A stretch of DNA of 64,000 bases, taken from contig CAZLJX010000006.1 of the NCBI GenBank assembly GCA_964559985.1, positions 77,354-141,353 of the forward strand, given 5' to 3'. This DNA is from an uncultured Bacteroidales bacterium. GTDB lineage: Bacteria > Bacteroidota > Bacteroidia > Bacteroidales > CAZLJX01. The notes below the pieces were generated by a model. It did no database searches. It had not been told where the DNA came from and saw only the letters and a list, made by a program, of their open reading frames with translations. Positions 19,101 through 26,856 of this stretch are shown one piece after another. Each line of letters opens with the position of its first letter. The stretch's first letter is position 1. Made by a program: the position numbers and the translations under genes.

Positions 19101-19290
19101 CCAGGGTGTATTTACCGTCAAGGTCGGTAATGGTACCAATGGTGGTACCTTTAGCCACAACGGAAACACCTGGCAAGGTACTTCCGTCTTCGGAGGATGT
19201 TACAGTACCCGTAAGCTTACGGTTTTGTGCAGTCGCTGCCTGTACCATAATAAATACAAGCAGGGCAAGCAGCATCGTAAATTTTTTCAT
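16135..19290 (-). CDS. SusC/RagA family TonB-dependent outer-membrane transporter
   Basis: Signal peptide, carboxypeptidase-regulatory-like N-domain (GTVTSSEDGSTLPGVSVVAKGTTIGTITDLDGKYTL), plug (EEVVVTALG ... VSVLKGPNAAALYG) and a 1051-aa barrel ending in an aromatic residue (SINF). Confidence 0.9.
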   Translation of the reverse strand: MKKFTMLLALLVFIMVQAATAQNRKLTGTVTSSEDGSTLPGVSVVAKGTTIGTITDLDGKYTLEVPADTKALVFTFVGMKTVEVVLGADNVVNITLEPDVKQVEEVVVTALGITRQKKALGYAVQEVKGDELNKAREANIVNSLNGRVSGVNVTSSSGAVGASTRIVLRGASSITGSNEPLFVVDGVPIDNTNFGTADDGGGFDMPNGIADINPDDIENVSVLKGPNAAALYGLRAANGVIVITTKKGKAGKSKELGVTINHTTMYDKPLVLPDFQNSYGQGPNKNFFQWVDGTNDDGGVDESWGPPLDKGLKFTQWNSYTVNGDPLPWVSHPNNIRDFYQTGIKSSTSVGLSGGADKIGYRLSIGGTNQKGMIPNTDYKQYNVGGNSVFKFSEKLRAGFNVNYTKAISGNLPTMGYTNENPVQQMIWSGRNVDFNALRDWQSLPLAPAGTPAAGTPINWNTQFQNNPFWVLDNNLNKLDKDRVIGGADISFSFTDYLKLSAKTGIDTWSSLIKEQKAIGTNEFKEGYYRETGRRFYEVNNELLLSFNKSLTSDVDFTFNFGGNRMDRDYTRLQGEAPQLELPGLYTLSNVKSGATVSLTSFTEESKINSLYGFGQVSYKNVIFFDFSGRNDWASVLPKNNNSFFYPSFNLSAIVTDLLGITSPTFTFLKVRAGWAKVGSIGALDPYAIVQTYQFRDDKWGNVSLPFNPELLNNPNLVPESKKSLELGFDSRLLDNKVRLDFTYYNSKSEDLIVDREVSAASGYIRAWDNVGEMTSKGFEIQLGLTPVQTSDLKVDIEINYAKDKNEVVSLGGADALILGGQWNVDLQARVGMPYGVLVGPGYLRDPDGNIIHENGLPLVDPNYKILGNIQPDWRGGLTFNIAYKGITLNTTFDAKMGGDIYTMTYTWGRYSGVLKETLLGRETGLIGDGVKNVGTADAPVYVKNDVVVSAKSYNQTAFDNACAEGSVFDASYIKWRQLTLTYTLPKKYFANTPIHGANIGLVGRNLAILFKNAPHIDPETGFSSENAEQGQEFGQLPSARSIGFNISINF

Positions 19291-19660
19291 ACACTACAAA
19301 ATTTAGGTTAATAAATAGTTGTTAACATTTAACATAAGACATACTCTTTGAGATTTATATTGACGCTCTACAAATATGTCGGTTCTCGTCGGTCGCTAAT
19401 TTAGATATTTTTAAGGTAAAAAACCAAAAAAATATTTTATTAAATGATGTTTTTTTTTGACAGAAGGCGCATTTCAATCGGTTGAGATGAAGAATTTATA
19501 TGTTAAAAAATTGAAAAACAGATAAATAAAAAAACAGGACTTTGTTTTAAATATTTTTTAACATCAACCGGTTTCTTTTCAATTCAGCGTTGAAAATTTT
19601 GTTTAAAACGATTTTTCGAGGTTTTTTATAGCTGGTAAGCTGTATTAATCTTTGTATTTT

Positions 19661-19693
19661 CTGCTGGTACAGACAATCTGTGTGTACCAGCAG
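19661..19693 (-). terminator. Hairpin terminator after ftcD
   Basis: Perfect 11-bp stem ctgctggtaca/tgtaccagcag with an 11-nt loop, 14 nt after the stop at 19707. There is no clean T-run on the minus strand. Confidence 0.55.
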
Positions 19694-19706
19694 AAAATTT
19701 TATATG

Positions 19707-21392
19707 TCATTTAATCTTACTATCCACAATGGCAAGTATTTCCTTTTCAATTTCGATTGTACGATCATGAATTTTTTGTCCTTCGCCAACAATATGTTGG
19801 GCAAATTGTTTGTCATCTAAGCCTGATGCATTGATTCTTACGTTGAGAAATGCTCCCATTACCGCCGATCGTGCGGCCAAAGCACCTACTCCCGCATCGG
19901 TCACTGAATTCGGATTTCCCGTTTCGGCCATGGCTTTGATAATGGCAAAAGCCTCAAAAGCTTTCTGCATGGTGCGGAAAGGGATTTCAGTGGCAAATTT
20001 TGTTGCCTCCTGTATGGCATTTTTACGGGCAGCTTTTTCTTCATCGGTATTTTTTGGCAATGAAAAAGCTTCCATAATACGGTTAAAAGCGTTGGTATCT
20101 TCATCCACCAGGAAAAGTAACTCGTCTTTTATCTGCTGGCCTTTTTCGGCATAATTCGAAAATTCTTCCCACCGTTCGTCCCATCCGGGTTTATGCGAAG
20201 AAAGGTTGGCAACCATGGTGCCGAGCGAAGCGGCCAGAGCACCCATGTATGCCGAGATAGACCCACCACCCGGGGCAGGGCTTTCAGAAGCCGTTTCATC
20301 GGCAAAAGCGGAGCAGGTAAGGTTTATGAGTTTTTTCTGGTTTTTACCTGCCAGCACATATTCAATTATTTTTTCTTCCGGAATAAATGGTTTCAGGTCG
20401 TCAAGTCCCATTGATTTGACAGCTATTTTGATGATTTCTTTTTCCGAAACGCCTACCGAGCGGTTTTGTTTGCGCAGGAAGTATTTTCCGGCTTCAATCA
20501 AAGCCCTTTTGGGAACCAGGCCAACAATTTCAGAGCCGGTAACCCTGATACCTCTTTCGTGGGCTTTTTTACAGACTTCGTCAAATGCAATATGAATGGG
20601 GGTTACGGAAATATTGGTCAGGTTCATCGATACCTGGGCTATACCGTATTCATCAATAAACCAGCCAATTGCTTTGCAGGCTTTCAACGTTCCCGGAATC
20701 ATAACCGGTTCACCTTTTTCGTCTTTGACTATTTTACCGGTCACCTGGTCCCCTTCTCTTTTGGGGCGTCCTTTTTCGCGCACATCAAAAGCAATGGCAT
20801 TTGCCCTGCGGGTAGATGTGGTATTTAGGTTATAATTGATGGCTACCAGGAAATCGCGTGCACCAACAGCGATAGCGCCTGTGCGGGGCACAAATTGTGC
20901 CGGTCCGAAATCGGGTTTCCATTCGGGTTTGGCCAGTTTTTCGGGTAATGCTTCATATTCGCCCGAACGGCAATAGGCAAGGTTACGTCTTTTTATATCA
21001 AAAGCGGCACTTTCGTAACAATAAACAGGAAACTGTAACTCCTCACCGATACGTTTTGCCAGTTTACGGGCATATTGTGCTGTTTCGTCCATGGTAATAT
21101 TGGCAACGGGTACCAGTGGCAAAACATCGGTAGCCCCGAAACGAGGGTGAGCGCCTTTATGTTTGGTCATATCAATCAGTTCGCTGGCTTTTTTCACTGC
21201 TCTGAAAGCTGCTTCACATACCTGTTCTGGCGTACCGGCAAAAGTAACGACGGTACGATTGGTAGCTGCTCCCGGGTCAACATCGAGCAGTTTAACGCCT
21301 TCAACCTGTTCTATTTCGTTGGTAATTAGTTTTATAATCAGCATATCACGTCCTTCGCTGAAGTTGGGAACACATTCTATTATCTGTTTCAT
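19707..21392 (-). CDS. ftcD: Bifunctional glutamate formimidoyltransferase / formimidoyltetrahydrofolate cyclodeaminase
   Basis: The N-terminus MKQIIECVPNFSEGRD is diagnostic of formiminotransferases. The 561-aa length includes a helical C-terminal cyclodeaminase-like domain. The gene sits next to hutI. Confidence 0.9.
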   Translation of the reverse strand: MKQIIECVPNFSEGRDMLIIKLITNEIEQVEGVKLLDVDPGAATNRTVVTFAGTPEQVCEAAFRAVKKASELIDMTKHKGAHPRFGATDVLPLVPVANITMDETAQYARKLAKRIGEELQFPVYCYESAAFDIKRRNLAYCRSGEYEALPEKLAKPEWKPDFGPAQFVPRTGAIAVGARDFLVAINYNLNTTSTRRANAIAFDVREKGRPKREGDQVTGKIVKDEKGEPVMIPGTLKACKAIGWFIDEYGIAQVSMNLTNISVTPIHIAFDEVCKKAHERGIRVTGSEIVGLVPKRALIEAGKYFLRKQNRSVGVSEKEIIKIAVKSMGLDDLKPFIPEEKIIEYVLAGKNQKKLINLTCSAFADETASESPAPGGGSISAYMGALAASLGTMVANLSSHKPGWDERWEEFSNYAEKGQQIKDELLFLVDEDTNAFNRIMEAFSLPKNTDEEKAARKNAIQEATKFATEIPFRTMQKAFEAFAIIKAMAETGNPNSVTDAGVGALAARSAVMGAFLNVRINASGLDDKQFAQHIVGEGQKIHDRTIEIEKEILAIVDSKIK

Positions 21393-21438
21393 GGCAGCCT
21401 GTTTTTATGTTGTTGATTATAATTTATTTATAGTAAAA

Positions 21439-22698
21439 TTAAAAGGATTTTTCATGAACAATTCGTCCGTTAAGAATCACGGTATCAATTAAATGGCTTG
21501 TATAGGCATAGGGAAGGAATTCGAGGGTGGGAATTTCTTTTGTTATGATGAGGTTGGCAATTTTATTGATGGCTATTGATCCGGCAATATCACTTATTCC
21601 CATGGCATAGGCAGAATTGATGGTTACAGCATTGATAACCTCTTCGGGCAACATTTTATAATTTATACAACCCAGCGACATGATAAACTTCATATTCCCT
21701 GATGGTGAGCTTCCAGGGTTAAAATCTGACGCCATAGCTACCGGCAGACCGGAATCAATCATGCGTCGCACAGGTGATAACGGCAGATTAAGAAAGAAAG
21801 CTGCTCCGGGAAGCACAGTGGGCATGGTTTCTGAACCGAGCAAGGCATCAATCTCAGCCTGTCCGATATATTCGAGATGGTCAACCGAAATGGCATTATA
21901 TTTAACCCCAACCTGAACTCCTCCCGAGAAATCAAGCTCATTGGCATGGATTTTTGCTCTTAAACCATATTTCATTCCAGCCATCAGGATGCGTTCGGTA
22001 TCTTCGGGCGTAAAAAATCCTTTATCACAAAAAACATCAATAAAATCGGCAAGGTCTTCGGCAGCTACAGCCGGAATCATTTCATTGATTACCAGGTCAA
22101 CAAATTCTTCCTGCCGGCCTTTATAAGGTTCCGGAATGGCATGAGCACCCAAAAATGTGGATTTAATGATTAATGGTGTGGTTTCTTTCAGCTTTTTAAT
22201 AACCCTGAGCATTTTAAGTTCGTCATCGGTATTAAGCCCGTATCCACTTTTTATTTCAACGGCACCGGTCCCGAAAGAAGCAATTTCTTTAATTCTTTCA
22301 AGGGCGGTTTCGTAAAGTTCATCTTCCGAAGCCTGGTGCAGTCTTTTTGCCGAATTGAGAATGCCACCACCGCGTTTGGCTATTTCTTCATAAGTCAGGC
22401 CTTTTATTTTATCGATATATTCAATTTCACGGCTTCCGGCAAAAACAATATGGGTATGAGGGTCACAAAAGGCAGGCATTACCATTTTTCCTGAGGCATT
22501 GATTTCAGTAATCAATTCATTGTCTGACATTACAGGTAATTTTGACATAGGTCCGAAAGAGGCAATTTTATGATCATCCAACAGCAGATATGCATTTTCA
22601 ATGCTTTCGATATGTTGCATGGCTGCCCCGACCACTTTAAGCCTTGGCATTTTTTCAACCTGTGCCAGTTTTTTTATATGTGTAATCAGCGTTTTCAC
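21439..22698 (-). CDS. hutI: Imidazolonepropionase
   Basis: Amidohydrolase fold with PAFCDPHTHIVFAGSRE and KIHANEL motifs. Size is 419 aa. Confidence 0.9.
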   Translation of the reverse strand: MKTLITHIKKLAQVEKMPRLKVVGAAMQHIESIENAYLLLDDHKIASFGPMSKLPVMSDNELITEINASGKMVMPAFCDPHTHIVFAGSREIEYIDKIKGLTYEEIAKRGGGILNSAKRLHQASEDELYETALERIKEIASFGTGAVEIKSGYGLNTDDELKMLRVIKKLKETTPLIIKSTFLGAHAIPEPYKGRQEEFVDLVINEMIPAVAAEDLADFIDVFCDKGFFTPEDTERILMAGMKYGLRAKIHANELDFSGGVQVGVKYNAISVDHLEYIGQAEIDALLGSETMPTVLPGAAFFLNLPLSPVRRMIDSGLPVAMASDFNPGSSPSGNMKFIMSLGCINYKMLPEEVINAVTINSAYAMGISDIAGSIAINKIANLIITKEIPTLEFLPYAYTSHLIDTVILNGRIVHEKSF

Positions 22699-22737
22699 AA
22701 TAATTGCATTAAGGTTTGTAAAAAATTGACCGATGGG

Positions 22738-23403
22738 TTATTCTTCCCTCAGATCAATTACTTCGACACCGGGATATTTTGCTTTATTAAATACAAACAA
22801 AGCATCATCCATGAGGACATTTGGGTTAAATTCTTTTATTTTAATATTATAACGTGTTCCATCTTTTCCAAAATACATCAATGAACTGGGTGTACTTTTA
22901 TCACGATCGATATACAGTTTGATTTTAAAATAGGGTTTCTCCCTGTCTTCGGGAACCAGTTCGATCAGTGCGTTTTTAATTCCATCAATAATTTCATCAT
23001 TCATATACTGGTATTTAAACCCTTTTTCGTAAATGGTAAAAATCTCAGTAGGGTCAGCAAGCAGATTTCCTTCTTTCTCTTCAGGAGTCATGTCAGAGAT
23101 AGATGTGACAGTAACTTCATTAGGTTCAGGCATATAAACCCATTTTGTTGCTCCGTCACATTGGGTAATTACTCCAAGAACTTCAATTCTGTATTTTTTT
23201 CCTTTCAGCATGAGTTTACCGTCAATGGATTCCGAAACTTTTTCTTTCTGGTTTTCCATGATATTGACAAATTTTGCTTCAATGGTGGTAAACGATCTGA
23301 TTTTTTTTGAAACCAGGTCGAGTATTTCTTTGGCTTTCGGATCTTTCTGTGCAGCAGCAGTTAAGCTCAGAGCAATCAATAAAAAGGTCAGAATTCTGTT
23401 CAT
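22738..23403 (-). CDS. lolA: LolA-like outer-membrane lipoprotein carrier protein
   Basis: Signal peptide ending TAAAQ and LolA-like N-terminus (AKEILDLVSKKIRSFTTIEAKF). It starts 3 nt after ftsK, the conserved ftsK-lolA arrangement. Confidence 0.7.
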   Translation of the reverse strand: MNRILTFLLIALSLTAAAQKDPKAKEILDLVSKKIRSFTTIEAKFVNIMENQKEKVSESIDGKLMLKGKKYRIEVLGVITQCDGATKWVYMPEPNEVTVTSISDMTPEEKEGNLLADPTEIFTIYEKGFKYQYMNDEIIDGIKNALIELVPEDREKPYFKIKLYIDRDKSTPSSLMYFGKDGTRYNIKIKEFNPNVLMDDALFVFNKAKYPGVEVIDLREE

Positions 23404-23406
23404 ATA

Positions 23407-25938
23407 TCAATTATTTATACGATTTAGCATTTGTTCGAGTGAATATTCATCGGTAATCATCACCTGTCTGGCTTTGCTTCCCTCGCTTGGTCCTACAATT
23501 CCTGCAGCTTCAAGCTGGTCCATAATGCGCCCGGCACGGTTATAGCCGATGGAAAATTTTCGCTGTATCAGTGATGTTGATCCTTGCTGATGAATAACTA
23601 CCAGTCTTGCAGCTTCTTCAAACAATGAATCTTTTTTTGAAAGGTCGATGTCTGCTATATCCTGGGCGTTTTCGTCGACATATTCGGGCAGGTAAAATGC
23701 TGTTGGGTAAGCCTGCTGTGAAGAGATCGCTTCAGTAATGCGTTCAATTTCAGGCGTATCGATAAAAGCGCATTGAACCCTGACCATTTCGCTTCCGTTA
23801 GACACAAGCATATCGCCTCGTCCGATGAGCTGGTTGGCTCCTACTGCATCAAGTATTGTGCGAGAATCGATGCTTGAGGTAACCCTGAAGGCAATCCTGG
23901 CAGGGAAATTGGCTTTTATAAGCCCGGTAATAATGTTGGTGGTAGGCCGCTGGGTTGCAATAACCAGGTGAATTCCAATGGCGCGGGCAAGCTGGGCAAG
24001 TCGTGCCAGTGGCAGTTCAATTTCTTTGCCTGCCGTCATGATCAGGTCGGCAAATTCATCGATAACAAGCACAATATAAGGCATGTATTTGTGCCCGTTG
24101 TTTGGATTGAGTTTGCGCTGGATAAATTTGGCGTTATATTCTTTGATATTCCTGGTATGGGCTTTTTTCAGCAGTTCGTAGCGCTGATCCATTTCGATGC
24201 ACAGCGAATTTAAGGTATAAATTACCTTTTGTGTGTCCGTAATGATAGATTCTTCGGCATCGGGAAGTTTGGCAAGGAAATGTTTTTCTATTTTTGAATA
24301 CAGGGTGAGTTCAACTTTTTTAGGGTCAATCATCACCAGTTTGAGTTGTGAAGGATGTTTCTTATACAACAATGATGTGAGGATAGCATTGAGCCCTACC
24401 GATTTTCCCTGTCCGGTTGCACCCGCTACCAGCAAATGTGGCATTCGTGTAAGATCAAATGTATATATTTCGTTAGAAATGGTTTTGCCAAGCACCACCG
24501 GTAACTCGGCTTTCATTTCCTGGAATTTTTTGCTTACGATAACCGAGCGCATCGAAACAACCTCCGGAACCTGGTTGGGCACTTCAATGCCTATGGTTCC
24601 TTTGCCAGGAATGGGGGCAATAATACGGATGCCAAGGGCCGAAAGGCTTAAAGCAATATCATCTTCAAGGCTTCTAATTTTGCTGATTTTAATTCCCGGT
24701 GCAGGTACTATTTCATACAGGGTAACAGTGGGGCCGATAGTAGCTTTGATTGAGTTGATAAGAATTTTATAATTACCAAGCGTTTCAACAATTTTGTTTT
24801 TATTGGTAATCAGCTCTTCGTTGGTAACCGATGATACCGAATTGTCGTATCTTTCAAGCAAATCGGGCGATGGTAATTTGTAACCCGACAGGTCAAGGGT
24901 AGGATCGTACTCTCCCAGGGCTTCAATGGTGTAATTTTCGTCGCTGATTTCTTCATTTTCAATTTTTACCACTTCGAACGTGGTATTGTCTTCGGTATTT
25001 TCTGATTCTGAAACAGGTCCGGCATTTTTATCCTCTTCATTTGCAATTTCTTCAGAGGGGTCATTTTCTATGACCTCATCATCGGTTTTTACAACGATTT
25101 CAAAATCAGGTTCATGATTTTCATGGTTTTGAAGGTCAGGTTCTTCATTGATAGGATCATTCCCGTTTATAATTGTTTTATCTTCATTTTCAACCAGTAC
25201 CGTTTCATTTCCCGAATCAGCCGTAATCTCTTCTTCGGCAACAAGCGATTGTTGTTCAATATTTTCTGAAGGTTTTAATGTGGCATTGCGCAGCCATACC
25301 CGGAATGATTTCCATTTTGCTTTTATAAACCTGAAACTGGTTTTTACAAATGGGATAAACCATTCGTAAGAGAAAGTCATGAAAATAAAAATGAATAATA
25401 ACAAAAAGAAAAATGTTCCGGTTTTCCCGAGCAGGGCGTTTAACCAATCGGCCATAAAATACCCATGCCCCCCGCCGAATGGAAATCCATGGCCTCCGAA
25501 AATATAGCCAAGAAATACCGAAACCCAGATCATCCAGACCAGGCTTTGTTTGATGGTAAGACGCAAAGGCATAACGCGGTAACGCAAGAATCGCAATCCC
25601 AAAACCACCATGATTAACACAAGGGCAAATGAACCTAACCCGAACCACTTATAAATAAGCCTGTGAGCGAGCAGGGCACCGGTTTTTCCAAGCCAGTTTT
25701 CGACCGTAATGGCCGAATCGGTAATAAACGAATAAAAATCAAGGTCAAGTTTGCTTTGGTCTGATTTCCAGGTAAAAAGATAACTGAACAGGGCAATGAA
25801 TGTAAAAACAGCCATAATCAGGGTTGTAATACCAAGAATTATCCGCAGCCGTTCATCTTTCCATAACGAGCTGTTTTTTTGTTGTTTAGACGCATTTTTT
25901 CCCGGTTGTTCCGGTTCTTCGTTCAGTTTTCTGGCCAT
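23407..25938 (-). CDS. ftsK: DNA translocase FtsK
   Basis: N-terminal membrane helices, an acidic low-complexity linker, a motor domain with Walker A GATGQGKSV and Walker B VLVIDEFADL, and a C-terminal gamma winged-helix (STSLIQRKFSIGYNRAGRIMDQLE). Confidence 0.92.
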   Translation of the reverse strand: MARKLNEEPEQPGKNASKQQKNSSLWKDERLRIILGITTLIMAVFTFIALFSYLFTWKSDQSKLDLDFYSFITDSAITVENWLGKTGALLAHRLIYKWFGLGSFALVLIMVVLGLRFLRYRVMPLRLTIKQSLVWMIWVSVFLGYIFGGHGFPFGGGHGYFMADWLNALLGKTGTFFFLLLFIFIFMTFSYEWFIPFVKTSFRFIKAKWKSFRVWLRNATLKPSENIEQQSLVAEEEITADSGNETVLVENEDKTIINGNDPINEEPDLQNHENHEPDFEIVVKTDDEVIENDPSEEIANEEDKNAGPVSESENTEDNTTFEVVKIENEEISDENYTIEALGEYDPTLDLSGYKLPSPDLLERYDNSVSSVTNEELITNKNKIVETLGNYKILINSIKATIGPTVTLYEIVPAPGIKISKIRSLEDDIALSLSALGIRIIAPIPGKGTIGIEVPNQVPEVVSMRSVIVSKKFQEMKAELPVVLGKTISNEIYTFDLTRMPHLLVAGATGQGKSVGLNAILTSLLYKKHPSQLKLVMIDPKKVELTLYSKIEKHFLAKLPDAEESIITDTQKVIYTLNSLCIEMDQRYELLKKAHTRNIKEYNAKFIQRKLNPNNGHKYMPYIVLVIDEFADLIMTAGKEIELPLARLAQLARAIGIHLVIATQRPTTNIITGLIKANFPARIAFRVTSSIDSRTILDAVGANQLIGRGDMLVSNGSEMVRVQCAFIDTPEIERITEAISSQQAYPTAFYLPEYVDENAQDIADIDLSKKDSLFEEAARLVVIHQQGSTSLIQRKFSIGYNRAGRIMDQLEAAGIVGPSEGSKARQVMITDEYSLEQMLNRINN

Positions 25939-25961
25939 TTAAAACCATGCATTTTGTTTTG

Positions 25962-25969
25962 CAAAAATA
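25962..25969 (-). promoter_or_regulatory. Candidate -7 promoter box (TAttTTTG) for ftsK
   Basis: The minus strand reads TATTTTTG 24 nt upstream of the ATG at 25938. Confidence 0.4.
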
Positions 25970-26030
25970 ATCGAGTAGCGGCAATAAAAAAATTTAATAA
26001 CCTAAAGTTTCAGTCAGCCCCGGCGATATT

Positions 26031-26714
26031 TCATATCAGACTGTCAATAATGGCCAACAAGGTTTCACGGTCAACCGGTTCATAGCCGTCGGGGACAGAG
26101 AAAGCCGAATCGGGTATTTTGCCGGCAACAAAAGCAGAAGCTTTAAGGGTCATAGGGATATTACGGAAAGATACATTAAACTGCATCAGCATTCCATTAA
26201 TATTTTTATAGGGTGAAAAACGGTTTGGTGAATCAATACCTGTCATAACGGTATAATAGACATAAAAAGGTTTGTAATTATTTGTATCGCTAAATGTTAC
26301 ATAAGCCAGACGGCAGGGAATTTCTGCTATCATTGTATCTGATTCTTTTAAATTGATTTGCATGCCGGGGGCAACATCAAACTGAATAATTGGTTCGCTC
26401 AGATGTGATTTATAAAAGTATTTCCGGTTCAGAATCTTAAGCAGGGTAGTTGAACTTTTTTCTTCGAAATCATTGATAATGGTTGCTGAAAAAATATTGA
26501 GCCATCCGCTAAGTTCCATCGCGGTTTTTCCTTTTTTGAATTTCATTGATACCGTTTCGGGCATGAGGCTTATGACAGGATTTTCAGCCGGAGTCTGTCC
26601 ATAACTCACTTTATACAGGATAGTGCCTTCTTTCAGTTTTTCACTTTGCCGATGATGGGTGCAAAAGCTGAAAAACAGCCCGATCATCAACATTAAAACT
26701 GTTCTGAAAAACAT
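26031..26714 (-). CDS. Hypothetical exported protein / putative lipoprotein
   Basis: Hydrophobic N-terminus MFFRTVLMLMIGLFFSFC. I recognised no domain. I chose the start at 26714 because a TAggTTTG box (26733..26740) lies inside the longer ORF. Confidence 0.45.
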   Translation of the reverse strand: MFFRTVLMLMIGLFFSFCTHHRQSEKLKEGTILYKVSYGQTPAENPVISLMPETVSMKFKKGKTAMELSGWLNIFSATIINDFEEKSSTTLLKILNRKYFYKSHLSEPIIQFDVAPGMQINLKESDTMIAEIPCRLAYVTFSDTNNYKPFYVYYTVMTGIDSPNRFSPYKNINGMLMQFNVSFRNIPMTLKASAFVAGKIPDSAFSVPDGYEPVDRETLLAIIDSLI

Positions 26715-26732
26715 ATTCCCTTTTATTTGAAA

Positions 26733-26740
26733 CAAACCTA
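26733..26740 (-). promoter_or_regulatory. Candidate -7 promoter box (TAggTTTG)
   Basis: The minus strand reads TAGGTTTG 19 nt upstream of the ATG at 26714. Confidence 0.35.
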
Positions 26741-26856
26741 AGGGTTTTTTTTTAAATGCCCAAGCAAAAGAATATGAATGAAAAACAAGTTTTTCTTTTT
26801 TAAAATATTATTTTTACAATGGAAGAAATATATCACTCATTAAAAACAATCGTAAT

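Noticed and set aside
18557-19311. Two long plus-strand ORFs (249 aa and 122 aa) overlapping the 5' part of susC
   Set aside because: They are antisense shadow ORFs inside a strongly supported SusC gene. Their translations are low-complexity Ser/Thr/Pro-rich strings with no motifs and no independent start context.
24903-25266. Acidic, Glu/Asn/Asp-rich low-complexity stretch that looked like a repeat element
   Set aside because: It is the variable linker between the membrane and motor domains of FtsK. It is in frame and typical for this protein, and I could find no DNA-level tandem repeat unit.
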